NCBI GenBank assembly: GCA_964016885.1
Contig: OZ024743.1
Coordinates: forward strand, 333,250,001 to 333,314,000
From: Eledone cirrhosa
Taxonomy: Eukaryota
Direction: 5' to 3'
DNA: 64,000 nt
The translations under genes and the position numbers were made by a program. Below, in pieces: positions 50,801 through 64,000 of this stretch. How positions within the stretch are numbered: position 1 is the stretch's first letter; every line of letters begins with the position of its first letter. The notes beneath the pieces are model-generated. The model searched no databases and was not told the DNA's origin. It worked only from the letters and a program-made list of their open reading frames with translations.

Positions 50801-53800
50801 CAGCATCTGGGTATTTAGTGTCCTAGGTCAGCATCTGGGTATTTAGTGTCCTAGGTCAGCGTCGAGGTATTTAGTGTCCTAGGTCAGCGTCGAGGTATTT
50901 AGTGTCCTAGGTCAGCATCTGGGTATTTAGTGTCCTAGGTCAGCATCCAGGTATTTAGTGTCCTAGGTCAGCGTCGAGGTATTTAGTGTCCTCGGTCAGC
51001 ATCTGGGTATTTAGTGTCCTAGGTCAGCATCTGGGTATTTAGTGTCCTAGGTCAGCATCTAGGTATTTAGTGTCCTAGGTCAGCGTCTAGGTATTTAGTG
51101 TCCTAGGTCAGCGTCTAGGTATTTAGTGTCCTAGGTCAGCATCTGGGTATTTAGTGTCCTAGGTCAGCGTCTAGGTATTTAGTGTCCTAGGTCAGCATCT
51201 GGGTATTTAGTGTCCTAGGTCAGCATCTGGGTATTTAGTGTCCTAGGTCAGCATCTGGGTATTTAGTGTCCTAGGTCAGCGTCAAGGTATTTAGTGTCCT
51301 AGGTCAGCATCTGGGTATTTAGTGTCCTAGGTCAGCGTCTAGGTATTTAGTGTCCTAGGTCAGCATCTGGGTATTTAGTGTCCTAGGTCAGCATCTGGGT
51401 ATTTAGTGTCCTAGGTCAGCATCTGAGTATTTAGTGTCCTAGGTCAGCATCTGGGTATTTAGTGTCCTAAGTCAGCATCCAGGGATTTAGTGTCCTAGGT
51501 CAGCATCCAGGTATTTAGTGTCCTAGGTCAGCATCTGGGTATTTAGTGTCCTAGGTCAGCATCTGGGTATTTAGTGTCCTAAGTCAGCGTCTAGGTATTT
51601 AGTGTCCTAAGTCAGCGTCTGAGTATTTAGTGTCTTAGGTTAGCATCTGGGTATTTAGTGTCCTAGGTCAGCATCTAGGTATTTAGTGTCCTAGGCCAGC
51701 ATCTGGGTATTTAGTGTCCTAGGTCAGTGTCTCGGTTTTGTGTCCTAGTCAGCGTCTAGGTATTTAGTGTCTGTCCTAGGTCAGCATCTGGGTATTTAGT
51801 GTCCTAGGTCAGCATCTAGGTATTTAGTGTCCTAGGTCAGCGTCTGGGTATTTAGTGTTTTAGGTCAGCGTCTGAGTATTTAGTGTCCTAGGTCAGCATC
51901 TAGGTATTTAGTGTCCTAGGTCAGCATCTGGGTATTTAGTGTCCTAGGTCAGCGTCTGGGTATTTAGTGTCCTAGGTCAGCGTCTGGGTATTTAGTGTCT
52001 TAGGTCAGCATCTGAGTATTTAGTGTCTTAGGTCAGCGTCTGAGTATTTAGTGTCCTAGGTCAGCATCTGGGTATTTAGTGTCTTAGGTCAGCATCTGGG
52101 TATTTAGTGTCCTAAGTCAGCATGTGGGTATTTAGTGTCCTAGTTCAGCGTCTAGGTATTTAGTGTCCTAGGTCAGCGTCTGGGTATTTAGTGTCCTAGG
52201 TCAGCGTCTGAGTATTTAGTGTCCTAGGTCAGCATCTGGGTATTTAGTGTCCTAGGTCAGCATCTGGGTATTTAGTGTCCTAAGTCAGCATCTGGGTATT
52301 TAGTGTCCTAGGTCAGCGTCTAGGTATTTAGTGTCCTAGGTCAGCGTCTGGGTATTTACTGTCCTAGGTCAGCGTCTGAGTATTTAGTGTCTTAGGTCAG
52401 CATCTGGGTATTTAGTGTCCTAGGTCAGCGTCTGAGTATTTAGTGTCCTAGATCAGCATCTGAGTATTTAGTGTCCTAGGTCAGCATCTGGGTATTTAGT
52501 GTCGTAAGTCAGCATCTGGGTATTTAGTGTCCTAGGTCAGCATCTGGGTATTTAGTGTCCTAGGTCAGCGTCTAGGTATTTAGTGTCCTAGGTCAGCATC
52601 TGGGTATTTAGTGTCGTAAGTCAGCATCTGGGTATTTAGTGTCCTAGGTCAGCATCTGGGTATTTAGTGTCCTAGGTCAGCGTCTAGGTATTTAGTGTCC
52701 TAGGTCAGCATCTGGGTATTTAGTGTCCTAGGTCAGCGTCTGGGTATTTAGTGTCGTAAGTCAGCATCTGGGTATTTAGTGTCCTAGGTCAGCATCTGGG
52801 TATTTAGTGTCCTAGGTCAGCGTCTAGGTATATAGTGTCCTAGGTCAGCATCTGGGTATTTAGTGTCCTAGGTCAGCGTCTAGGTATTTAGTGTCCTAGG
52901 TCAGCATCTGGGTATTTAGTGTCCTAAGTCAGCGTCTGGGTATTTAGTGTCCTAAGTCAGTATCTGGGTATTTAGTGTCCTAGGTCAGCGTCTAGGTATT
53001 TAGTGTCCTAGGTCAGCATCTGGGTATTTAGTGTCCTAGGTCAGCATCTGGGTATTTAGTGTCCTAGGTCAGCATCTGGGTATTTAGTGTCCTAGGTCAG
53101 CATCTGGGTATTTAGTGTCCTAAGTCAGCATCTAGGTATTTTGTGTCCTAGGTCAGCATCTGGGTATTTAGTGTCCTAGGTCAGCATCTGAGTGTTTAGT
53201 GTCCTAGGTCAGCATCTGGGTATTTAGTGTCCTAAGTCAGCATCCAGGTATTTAGTGTCCTAGGTCAGCATCCAGGTATTTAGTGTCCTAGGTCAGCATC
53301 TGGGTATTTAGTGTCCTAGGGCAGCATCTGGGTATTTAGTGTCCTAGGTCAGCATCTGGGTATTTAGTGTCCTAGGTCAGTGTCTGAGTTTTTTTGTCCT
53401 AGTCAGCGTCTAGGTATTTAGTGTCCTAGGTCAGCGTCTGAGTATTTAGTGTCCTAGGCCAGCATCTGGGTATTTAGTGTCCTAGGTCAGTGTCTGAGTT
53501 TTTGTGTCCTAGTCAGCGTCTAGGTATTTAGTGTCCTAGGTCAGCGTCTGAGTATTTAGTGTCCTAGGTCAGTGTCTCGGTTTTTGTGTCCTAGTCAGCG
53601 TCTAGGTATTTAGTGTCTGTCCTAGGTCAGCGTCTAGGTATTTAGTGTCCTAGGTCAGCATCTAGGTATTTAGTGTCCTAGGTCAGCGTCTGGGTATTTA
53701 GTGTCCTAGGTCAGCATCTAGGTATTTAGTGTCCTAAGTCAGCGTCTGAGTATTTAGTGTTTTAGGTCAGCGTCTGAGTATTTAGTGTTTTAGGTCAGCG

Positions 53801-56800
53801 TCTGAGTATTTAGTGTCCTAGGTCAGCATCTGGGTATTTAGTGTCCTAGGTCAGCGTCTGGGTATTTAGTGTCCTAGGTCAGCGTCTGAGTATTTAGTGT
53901 CCTAGGTCAGCATCTAGGTATTTAGTGTCGTAGGTCAGCATCTGGGTATTTAGTGTCCTAGGTCAGCGTCTGGGTATTTAGTGTCCTAAGTCAGCATCTA
54001 GGTATTTTGTGTCCTAGGTCAGCATCCAGGTATTTAGTGTCCTAGGTCAGCATCCAGGTATTTAGTGTCCTAGGTCAGCATCTGGGTATTTAGTGTCCTA
54101 GGTCAGCATCTGGGTATTTAGTGTCCTAGGTCAGCATCTAGGTATTTAGTGTCCTAAGTCAGCGTCTAGGTATTTAGTGTCCTAAGTCAGCGTCTGAGTA
54201 TTTAGTGTCTTAGGTTAGCATCTGGGTATTTAGTGTCCTAGGTCAGCATCTAGGTATTTAGTGTCCTAGGTCAGCGTCTGGGTATTTAGTGTTTTAGGTC
54301 AGCATCTGGGTATTTAGTGTCCTAGGTCAGCATCTAGGTATTTAGTGTCCTAGGTCAGCATCTGGGTATTTAGTGTCCTAGGTCAGCGTCTGGGTATTTA
54401 GTGTCCTAGGTCAGCGTCTAGGTATTTAGTGTCCTAGGTCAGCGTCTGGGTATTTACTGTCCTAGGTCAGCGTCTGAGTATTTAGTGTCTTAGGTCAGCA
54501 TCTGGGTATTTACTGTCCTAGGTCAGCGTCTGAGTATTTAGTGTCCTAGATCAGCATCTGGGTATTTAGTGTCCTAGGTCAGCGTCTGAGTATTTAGTGT
54601 CCTAGATCAGCATCTGGGTATTTAGTGTCGTAAGTCAGCATCTGGGTATTTAGTGTCCTAGGTCAGCATCTAGGTATTTAGTGTCCTAGGTCAGCGTCTA
54701 GGTATTTAGTGTCCTAGGTCAGCATCTGGGTATTTAGTGTCCTAGGTCAGCGTCTAGGTATTTAGTGTCCTAGGTCAGCATCTGGGTATTTAGTGTCCTA
54801 GGTCAGCGTCTAGGTATTTAGTGTCCTAGGTCAGCATCTGGGTATTTAGTGTCCTAAGTCAGCGTCTAGGTATTTAGTGTCCTAAGTCAGCATCTGGGTA
54901 TTTAGTCTCCTAGGTCAGCGTCTAGGTATTTAGTGTCCTAGGTCAGCATCTAGGTATTTAGTGTCCTAGGTCAGCATCTGGGTATTTAGTGTCCTAGGTC
55001 AGCATCTGAGTATTTAGTGTCCTAGGTCAGCATCTGGGTATTTAGTGTCCTAAGTCAGCATCTAGGTATTTTGTGTCCTAGGTCAGCATCCAGGTATTTT
55101 GTGTCCTAGGTCAGCATCCAGGTATTTAGTGTCCTAGGTCAGCATCTGGGTATTTAGTGTCCTAGGTCAGCATCTGGGTATTTAGTGTCCTAGGTCAGCA
55201 TCTAGGTATTTAGTGTCCTAGGTCAGCGTCTGAGTATTTAGTGTCCTTGGTCAGCGTCTAGGTATTTAGTGTCCTAGGCCAGCATCTGGGTATTTAGTGT
55301 CCTAGGTCAGTGTCTGGGTTTTTGTGTCCTAGTCAGCGTCTAGGTATTTAGTGTCCTAGGTCAGCGTCTGAGTATTTAGTGTCCTAGGTCAGCATCTAGG
55401 TATTTAGTGTCCTAGGTCAGCATCTGGGTATTTAGTGTCCTAGGTCAGCGTCTGGGTATTTAGTGTCCTAGGTCAGCGTCTGGGTATTTAGTGTCTTAGG
55501 TCAGCATCTGAGTATTTAGTGTCTTAGGTCAGCGTCTGAGTATTTAGTGTCCTAGGTCAGCATCTGGGTATTTAGTGTCTTAGGTCAGCATCTGGGTATT
55601 TAGTGTCCTAAGTCAGCATGTGGGTATTTAGTGTCCTAGTTCAGCGTCTAGGTATTTAGTGTCCTAGGTCAGCGTCTGGGTATTTAGTGTCCTAGGTCAG
55701 CGTCTGAGTATTTAGTGTCCTAGGTCAGCATCTGGGTATTTAGTGTCCTAGGTCAGCATCTGGGTATTTAGTGTCCTAAGTCAGCATCTGGGTATTTAGT
55801 GTCCTAGGTCAGCGTCTAGGTATTTAGTGTCCTAGGTCAGCGTCTGGGTATTTACTGTCCTAGGTCAGCGTCTGAGTATTTAGTGTCTTAGGTCAGCATC
55901 TGGGTATTTAGTGTCCTAGGTCAGCGTCTGAGTATTTAGTGTCTTAGGTTAGCATCTGGGTATTTAGTGTCCTAGGTCAGCATCTGGGTATTTAGTGTCC
56001 TAGGTCAGCATCCAGGTATTTAGTGCCCTAGGTCAGCGTCTAGGTATTTAGTGTCCTAGGTCAGCATCTGGGTATTTAGTGTCCTAGGTCAGCATCTGGG
56101 TATTTAGTGTCCTAGGTCAGCATCTAGGTATTTAGTGTCCTAGGTCAGCATCTGGGTATTTAGTGTCCTAGGTCAGCGTCTGGGTATTTAGTGTCCTAGG
56201 TCAGCATCTGGGTATTTAGTGTCCTAGGTCTGCATCCAGGTATTTAGTGTCCTAGGTCAGCATCTAGGTATTTAGTGTCCTAGCTCAGCATCTAGGTATT
56301 TAGTGTCCTAGCTCAGCATCTGGGTATTTAGTGTCCTAGGTCAGCATCCAGGTATTTAGTGTCCTAGGTCAGCGTCTAGGTATTTAGTGTCCTCGGTCAG
56401 CATCTGGGTATTTAGTGTCCTAGGTCAGCATCTAGGTATTTAGTGTCTTAGGTCAGCGTCTGGGTATTTAGCGTCCTAAGTCAGCATCTGGGTATTTAGT
56501 GTCCTAGGTCAGCGTCTGGGTATTTAGTGTCCTAGGTCAGCGTCTGAGTATTTAGTGTCTTAGGTCAGCATCTGGGTATTTAGTGTCCTAGGTCAGCGTC
56601 TGGGTATTTAGTGTCCTAGGTCAGCGTCTGAGTATTTAGTGTCCTAGGTCAGCATCTGGGTATTTAGTGTCCTAGGTCAGCATCTGGGTATTTAGTGTCC
56701 TAGGTCAGCATCCAGGTATTTAGTGTCCTAGGTCAGCGTCTAGGTATTTAGTGTCCTAGGTCAGCATCTGGGTATTTAGTGTCCTAGGTCAGCATCTGGG

Positions 56801-59800
56801 TATTTAGTGTCCTAGGTCAGCATCTAGGTATTTAGTGTCCTAGGTCAGCATCTGGGTATTTAGTGTTCTAGGTCAGCGTCTGGGTATTTAGTGTCCTAGG
56901 TCAGCATCTGGCTATTTAGTGTCCTAGGTCAGCATCCAGGTATTTAGTGTCCTAGGTCAGCGTCTAGGTATTTAGTGTCCTAGGTCAGCATCTGGGTATT
57001 TAGTGTCCTAGGTCAGCATCTGGGTATTTAGTGTCCTAGGTCAGCGTCTGGGTATTTAGTGTCCTAGGTCAGCGTCTGGGTATTTAGTGTCCTAGGTCAG
57101 CGTCTGAGTATTTAGTGTCCTAGGTCAGCGTCTGAGTATTTAGTGTCTTAGCTCAGCATCTGGGTATTTAGTGTCCTAGGTCAGCATCTGGGTATTTAGT
57201 GTCTTAGGCCAGCGTCTAGGTATTTAGTGTCTTAGGTCAGCGTCTGAGTATTTAGTGTCCTAGGTCAGCATCTGGGTATTTAGTGTCCTAGGTCAGCATC
57301 TGGGTATTTAGTGTCCTAGGTCAGCGTCGAGGTATTTAGTGTCCTAGGTCAGCGTCGAGGTATTTAGTGTCCTAGGTCAGCATCTGGGTATTTAGTGTCC
57401 TAGGTCAGCATCCAGGTATTTAGTGTCCTAGGTCAGCGTCGAGGTATTTAGTGTCCTCGGTCAGCATCTGGGTATTTAGTGTCCTAGGTCAGCATCTGGG
57501 TATTTAGTGTCCTAGGTCAGCATCTAGGTATTTAGTGTCCTAGGTCAGCGTCTAGGTATTTAGTGTCCTAGGTCAGCGTCTAGGTATTTAGTGTCCTAGG
57601 TCAGCATCTGGGTATTTAGTGTCCTAGGTCAGCGTCTAGGTATTTAGTGTCCTAGGTCAGCATCTGGGTATTTAGTGTCCTAGGTCAGCATCTGGGTATT
57701 TAGTGTCCTAGGTCAGCATCTGGGTATTTAGTGTCCTAGGTCAGCGTCAAGGTATTTAGTGTCCTAGGTCAGCATCTGGGTATTTAGTGTCCTAGGTCAG
57801 CGTCTAGGTATTTAGTGTCCTAGGTCAGCATCTGGGTATTTAGTGTCCTAGGTCAGCATCTGGGTATTTAGTGTCCTAGGTCAGCATCTGAGTATTTAGT
57901 GTCCTAGGTCAGCATCTGGGTATTTAGTGTCCTAAGTCAGCATCCAGGGATTTAGTGTCCTAGGTCAGCATCCAGGTATTTAGTGTCCTAGGTCAGCATC
58001 TGGGTATTTAGTGTCCTAGGTCAGCATCTGGGTATTTAGTGTCCTAAGTCAGCGTCTAGGTATTTAGTGTCCTAAGTCAGCGTCTGAGTATTTAGTGTCT
58101 TAGGTTAGCATCTGGGTATTTAGTGTCCTAGGTCAGCATCTAGGTATTTAGTGTCCTAGGCCAGCATCTGGGTATTTAGTGTCCTAGGTCAGTGTCTCGG
58201 TTTTGTGTCCTAGTCAGCGTCTAGGTATTTAGTGTCTGTCCTAGGTCAGCATCTGGGTATTTAGTGTCCTAGGTCAGCATCTAGGTATTTAGTGTCCTAG
58301 GTCAGCGTCTGGGTATTTAGTGTTTTAGGTCAGCGTCTGAGTATTTAGTGTCCTAGGTCAGCATCTAGGTATTTAGTGTCCTAGGTCAGCATCTGGGTAT
58401 TTAGTGTCCTAGGTCAGCGTCTGGGTATTTAGTGTCCTAGGTCAGCGTCTGGGTATTTAGTGTCTTAGGTCAGCATCTGAGTATTTAGTGTCTTAGGTCA
58501 GCGTCTGAGTATTTAGTGTCCTAGGTCAGCATCTGGGTATTTAGTGTCTTAGGTCAGCATCTGGGTATTTAGTGTCCTAAGTCAGCATGTGGGTATTTAG
58601 TGTCCTAGTTCAGCGTCTAGGTATTTAGTGTCCTAGGTCAGCGTCTGGGTATTTAGTGTCCTAGGTCAGCGTCTGAGTATTTAGTGTCCTAGGTCAGCAT
58701 CTGGGTATTTAGTGTCCTAGGTCAGCATCTGGGTATTTAGTGTCCTAAGTCAGCATCTGGGTATTTAGTGTCCTAGGTCAGCGTCTAGGTATTTAGTGTC
58801 CTAGGTCAGCGTCTGGGTATTTACTGTCCTAGGTCAGCGTCTGAGTATTTAGTGTCTTAGGTCAGCATCTGGGTATTTAGTGTCCTAGGTCAGCGTCTGA
58901 GTATTTAGTGTCCTAGATCAGCATCTGAGTATTTAGTGTCCTAGGTCAGCATCTGGGTATTTAGTGTCGTAAGTCAGCATCTGGGTATTTAGTGTCCTAG
59001 GTCAGCATCTGGGTATTTAGTGTCCTAGGTCAGCGTCTAGGTATTTAGTGTCCTAGGTCAGCATCTGGGTATTTAGTGTCGTAAGTCAGCATCTGGGTAT
59101 TTAGTGTCCTAGGTCAGCATCTGGGTATTTAGTGTCCTAGGTCAGCGTCTAGGTATTTAGTGTCCTAGGTCAGCATCTGGGTATTTAGTGTCCTAGGTCA
59201 GCGTCTGGGTATTTAGTGTCGTAAGTCAGCATCTGGGTATTTAGTGTCCTAGGTCAGCATCTGGGTATTTAGTGTCCTAGGTCAGCGTCTAGGTATATAG
59301 TGTCCTAGGTCAGCATCTGGGTATTTAGTGTCCTAGGTCAGCGTCTAGGTATTTAGTGTCCTAGGTCAGCATCTGGGTATTTAGTGTCCTAAGTCAGCGT
59401 CTGGGTATTTAGTGTCCTAAGTCAGTATCTGGGTATTTAGTGTCCTAGGTCAGCGTCTAGGTATTTAGTGTCCTAGGTCAGCATCTGGGTATTTAGTGTC
59501 CTAGGTCAGCATCTGGGTATTTAGTGTCCTAGGTCAGCATCTGGGTATTTAGTGTCCTAGGTCAGCATCTGGGTATTTAGTGTCCTAAGTCAGCATCTAG
59601 GTATTTTGTGTCCTAGGTCAGCATCTGGGTATTTAGTGTCCTAGGTCAGCATCTGAGTGTTTAGTGTCCTAGGTCAGCATCTGGGTATTTAGTGTCCTAA
59701 GTCAGCATCCAGGTATTTAGTGTCCTAGGTCAGCATCCAGGTATTTAGTGTCCTAGGTCAGCATCTGGGTATTTAGTGTCCTAGGGCAGCATCTGGGTAT

Positions 59801-62800
59801 TTAGTGTCCTAGGTCAGCATCTGGGTATTTAGTGTCCTAGGTCAGTGTCTGAGTTTTTTTGTCCTAGTCAGCGTCTAGGTATTTAGTGTCCTAGGTCAGC
59901 GTCTGAGTATTTAGTGTCCTAGGCCAGCATCTGGGTATTTAGTGTCCTAGGTCAGTGTCTGAGTTTTTGTGTCCTAGTCAGCGTCTAGGTATTTAGTGTC
60001 CTAGGTCAGCGTCTGAGTATTTAGTGTCCTAGGTCAGTGTCTCGGTTTTTGTGTCCTAGTCAGCGTCTAGGTATTTAGTGTCTGTCCTAGGTCAGCGTCT
60101 AGGTATTTAGTGTCCTAGGTCAGCATCTAGGTATTTAGTGTCCTAGGTCAGCGTCTGGGTATTTAGTGTCCTAGGTCAGCATCTAGGTATTTAGTGTCCT
60201 AAGTCAGCGTCTGAGTATTTAGTGTTTTAGGTCAGCGTCTGAGTATTTAGTGTTTTAGGTCAGCGTCTGAGTATTTAGTGTCCTAGGTCAGCATCTGGGT
60301 ATTTAGTGTCCTAGGTCAGCGTCTGGGTATTTAGTGTCCTAGGTCAGCGTCTGAGTATTTAGTGTCCTAGGTCAGCATCTAGGTATTTAGTGTCGTAGGT
60401 CAGCATCTGGGTATTTAGTGTCCTAGGTCAGCGTCTGGGTATTTAGTGTCCTAAGTCAGCATCTAGGTATTTTGTGTCCTAGGTCAGCATCCAGGTATTT
60501 AGTGTCCTAGGTCAGCATCCAGGTATTTAGTGTCCTAGGTCAGCATCTGGGTATTTAGTGTCCTAGGTCAGCATCTGGGTATTTAGTGTCCTAGGTCAGC
60601 ATCTAGGTATTTAGTGTCCTAAGTCAGCGTCTAGGTATTTAGTGTCCTAAGTCAGCGTCTGAGTATTTAGTGTCTTAGGTTAGCATCTGGGTATTTAGTG
60701 TCCTAGGTCAGCATCTAGGTATTTAGTGTCCTAGGTCAGCGTCTGGGTATTTAGTGTTTTAGGTCAGCATCTGGGTATTTAGTGTCCTAGGTCAGCATCT
60801 AGGTATTTAGTGTCCTAGGTCAGCATCTGGGTATTTAGTGTCCTAGGTCAGCGTCTGGGTATTTAGTGTCCTAGGTCAGCGTCTAGGTATTTAGTGTCCT
60901 AGGTCAGCGTCTGGGTATTTACTGTCCTAGGTCAGCGTCTGAGTATTTAGTGTCTTAGGTCAGCATCTGGGTATTTACTGTCCTAGGTCAGCGTCTGAGT
61001 ATTTAGTGTCCTAGATCAGCATCTGGGTATTTAGTGTCCTAGGTCAGCGTCTGAGTATTTAGTGTCCTAGATCAGCATCTGGGTATTTAGTGTCGTAAGT
61101 CAGCATCTGGGTATTTAGTGTCCTAGGTCAGCATCTAGGTATTTAGTGTCCTAGGTCAGCGTCTGAGTATTTAGTGTCCTAGGTCAGCATCTGGGTATTT
61201 AGTGTCCTAGGTCAGCGTCTAGGTATTTAGTGTCCTAGGTCAGCATCTGGGTATTTAGTGTCCTAGGTCAGCGTCTAGGTATTTAGTGTCCTAGGTCAGC
61301 ATCTGGGTATTTAGTGTCCTAAGTCAGCGTCTAGGTATTTAGTGTCCTAAGTCAGCATCTGGGTATTTAGTCTCCTAGGTCAGCGTCTAGGTATTTAGTG
61401 TCCTAGGTCAGCATCTAGGTATTTAGTGTCCTAGGTCAGCATCTGGGTATTTAGTGTCCTAGGTCAGCATCTGAGTATTTAGTGTCCTAGGTCAGCATCT
61501 GGGTATTTAGTGTCCTAAGTCAGCATCTAGGTATTTTGTGTCCTAGGTCAGCATCCAGGTATTTTGTGTCCTAGGTCAGCATCCAGGTATTTAGTGTCCT
61601 AGGTCAGCATCTGGGTATTTAGTGTCCTAGGTCAGCATCTGGGTATTTAGTGTCCTAGGTCAGCATCTAGGTATTTAGTGTCCTAGGTCAGCGTCTGAGT
61701 ATTTAGTGTCCTTGGTCAGCGTCTAGGTATTTAGTGTCCTAGGCCAGCATCTGGGTATTTAGTGTCCTAGGTCAGTGTCTGGGTTTTTGTGTCCTAGTCA
61801 GCGTCTAGGTATTTAGTGTCCTAGGTCAGCGTCTGAGTATTTAGTGTCCTAGGTCAGCATCTAGGTATTTAGTGTCCTAGGTCAGCATCTGGGTATTTAG
61901 TGTCCTAGGTCAGCGTCTGGGTATTTAGTGTCCTAGGTCAGCGTCTGGGTATTTAGTGTCTTAGGTCAGCATCTGAGTATTTAGTGTCTTAGGTCAGCGT
62001 CTGAGTATTTAGTGTCCTAGGTCAGCATCTGGGTATTTAGTGTCTTAGGTCAGCATCTGGGTATTTAGTGTCCTAAGTCAGCATGTGGGTATTTAGTGTC
62101 CTAGTTCAGCGTCTAGGTATTTAGTGTCCTAGGTCAGCGTCTGGGTATTTAGTGTCCTAGGTCAGCGTCTGAGTATTTAGTGTCCTAGGTCAGCATCTGG
62201 GTATTTAGTGTCCTAGGTCAGCATCTGGGTATTTAGTGTCCTAAGTCAGCATCTGGGTATTTAGTGTCCTAGGTCAGCGTCTAGGTATTTAGTGTCCTAG
62301 GTCAGCGTCTGGGTATTTACTGTCCTAGGTCAGCGTCTGAGTATTTAGTGTCTTAGGTCAGCATCTGGGTATTTAGTGTCCTAGGTCAGCGTCTGAGTAT
62401 TTAGTGTCCTAGATCAGCATCTGAGTATTTAGTGTCCTAGGTCAGCATCTGGGTATTTAGTGTCGTAAGTCAGCATCTGGGTATTTAGTGTCCTAGGTCA
62501 GCATCTGGGTATTTAGTGTCCTAGGTCAGCGTCTAGGTATTTAGTGTCCTAGGTCAGCATCTGGGTATTTAGTGTCGTAAGTCAGCATCTGGGTATTTAG
62601 TGTCCTAGGTCAGCATCTGGGTATTTAGTGTCCTAGGTCAGCGTCTAGGTATTTAGTGTCCTAGGTCAGCATCTGGGTATTTAGTGTCCTAGGTCAGCGT
62701 CTGGGTATTTAGTGTCGTAAGTCAGCATCTGGGTATTTAGTGTCCTAGGTCAGCATCTGGGTATTTAGTGTCCTAGGTCAGCGTCTAGGTATATAGTGTC

Positions 62801-64000
62801 CTAGGTCAGCATCTGGGTATTTAGTGTCCTAGGTCAGCGTCTAGGTATTTAGTGTCCTAGGTCAGCATCTGGGTATTTAGTGTCCTAAGTCAGCGTCTGG
62901 GTATTTAGTGTCCTAAGTCAGTATCTGGGTATTTAGTGTCCTAGGTCAGCGTCTAGGTATTTAGTGTCCTAGGTCAGCATCTGGGTATTTAGTGTCCTAG
63001 GTCAGCATCTGGGTATTTAGTGTCCTAGGTCAGCATCTGGGTATTTAGTGTCCTAGGTCAGCATCTGGGTATTTAGTGTCCTAAGTCAGCATCTAGGTAT
63101 TTTGTGTCCTAGGTCAGCATCTGGGTATTTAGTGTCCTAGGTCAGCATCTGAGTGTTTAGTGTCCTAGGTCAGCATCTGGGTATTTAGTGTCCTAAGTCA
63201 GCATCCAGGTATTTAGTGTCCTAGGTCAGCATCCAGGTATTTAGTGTCCTAGGTCAGCATCTGGGTATTTAGTGTCCTAGGGCAGCATCTGGGTATTTAG
63301 TGTCCTAGGTCAGCATCTGGGTATTTAGTGTCCTAGGTCAGTGTCTGAGTTTTTTTGTCCTAGTCAGCGTCTAGGTATTTAGTGTCCTAGGTCAGCGTCT
63401 GAGTATTTAGTGTCCTAGGCCAGCATCTGGGTATTTAGTGTCCTAGGTCAGTGTCTGAGTTTTTGTGTCCTAGTCAGCGTCTAGGTATTTAGTGTCCTAG
63501 GTCAGCGTCTGAGTATTTAGTGTCCTAGGTCAGTGTCTCGGTTTTTGTGTCCTAGTCAGCGTCTAGGTATTTAGTGTCTGTCCTAGGTCAGCGTCTAGGT
63601 ATTTAGTGTCCTAGGTCAGCATCTAGGTATTTAGTGTCCTAGGTCAGCGTCTGGGTATTTAGTGTCCTAGGTCAGCATCTAGGTATTTAGTGTCCTAAGT
63701 CAGCGTCTGAGTATTTAGTGTTTTAGGTCAGCGTCTGAGTATTTAGTGTTTTAGGTCAGCGTCTGAGTATTTAGTGTCCTAGGTCAGCATCTGGGTATTT
63801 AGTGTCCTAGGTCAGCGTCTGGGTATTTAGTGTCCTAGGTCAGCGTCTGAGTATTTAGTGTCCTAGGTCAGCATCTAGGTATTTAGTGTCGTAGGTCAGC
63901 ATCTGGGTATTTAGTGTCCTAGGTCAGCGTCTGGGTATTTAGTGTCCTAAGTCAGCATCTAGGTATTTTGTGTCCTAGGTCAGCATCCAGGTATTTAGTG
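26809..64000. repeat. 28-bp tandem satellite array (~1330 copies, truncated by window end)
   Basis: Consensus GTATTTAGTGTCCTAGGTCAGC(A/G)TCT(G/A)G. The register repeats every 420 bp (15x28). Rare indel variants occur at ~35741, 41368, 51727 and 58192. Stops recur in every frame on both strands. Confidence 0.98.

Noticed and set aside
26809-64000. CRISPR array (28-bp unit), telomeric repeat or coding repeat
   Set aside because: Monomers are head-to-tail without spacers, TTAGGG is not the unit, and stops occur in all frames.

Overview
This is AT-rich eukaryotic (metazoan) DNA. The SINE and RTE repeat types resemble those of cephalopods such as Octopus, which is an inference from recalled repeat families. 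About 80% of the window is two satellite arrays: a 61-bp monomer at 1-14421 (~236 copies) and a 28-bp monomer at 26809-64000 (~1330 copies), each running off a window edge and each with nested higher-order structure. The ~12.4-kb island between them holds a minus-strand, spliced selenoprotein M (SELENOM) gene that the ORF track misses. Three exons (23491-23421, 22260-22182, 19364-19263) splice in frame to SCTGUQLNKLPEIKRFIYDDLPQYDGVVFKAVPGAEPHLFLVDENDSTIKTINLSDLTQDDCNKLLTSNGFTKKNSKAGNADL*. The gene has an in-frame UGA in a CxxU motif, a canonical SECIS hairpin ~1.15 kb into the 3' UTR, a poly(A) signal, and a U12-type (minor spliceosome) intron. The signal-peptide exon was not found, so the 28-bp array may lie inside an upstream intron. 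The island also carries tRNA-derived SINEs, RTE LINE 3' fragments and a Tc2-like TIR element with a 116-bp internal palindrome. Apart from 22349..22546, which is an RTE remnant, none of the listed ORFs looks like real coding sequence.
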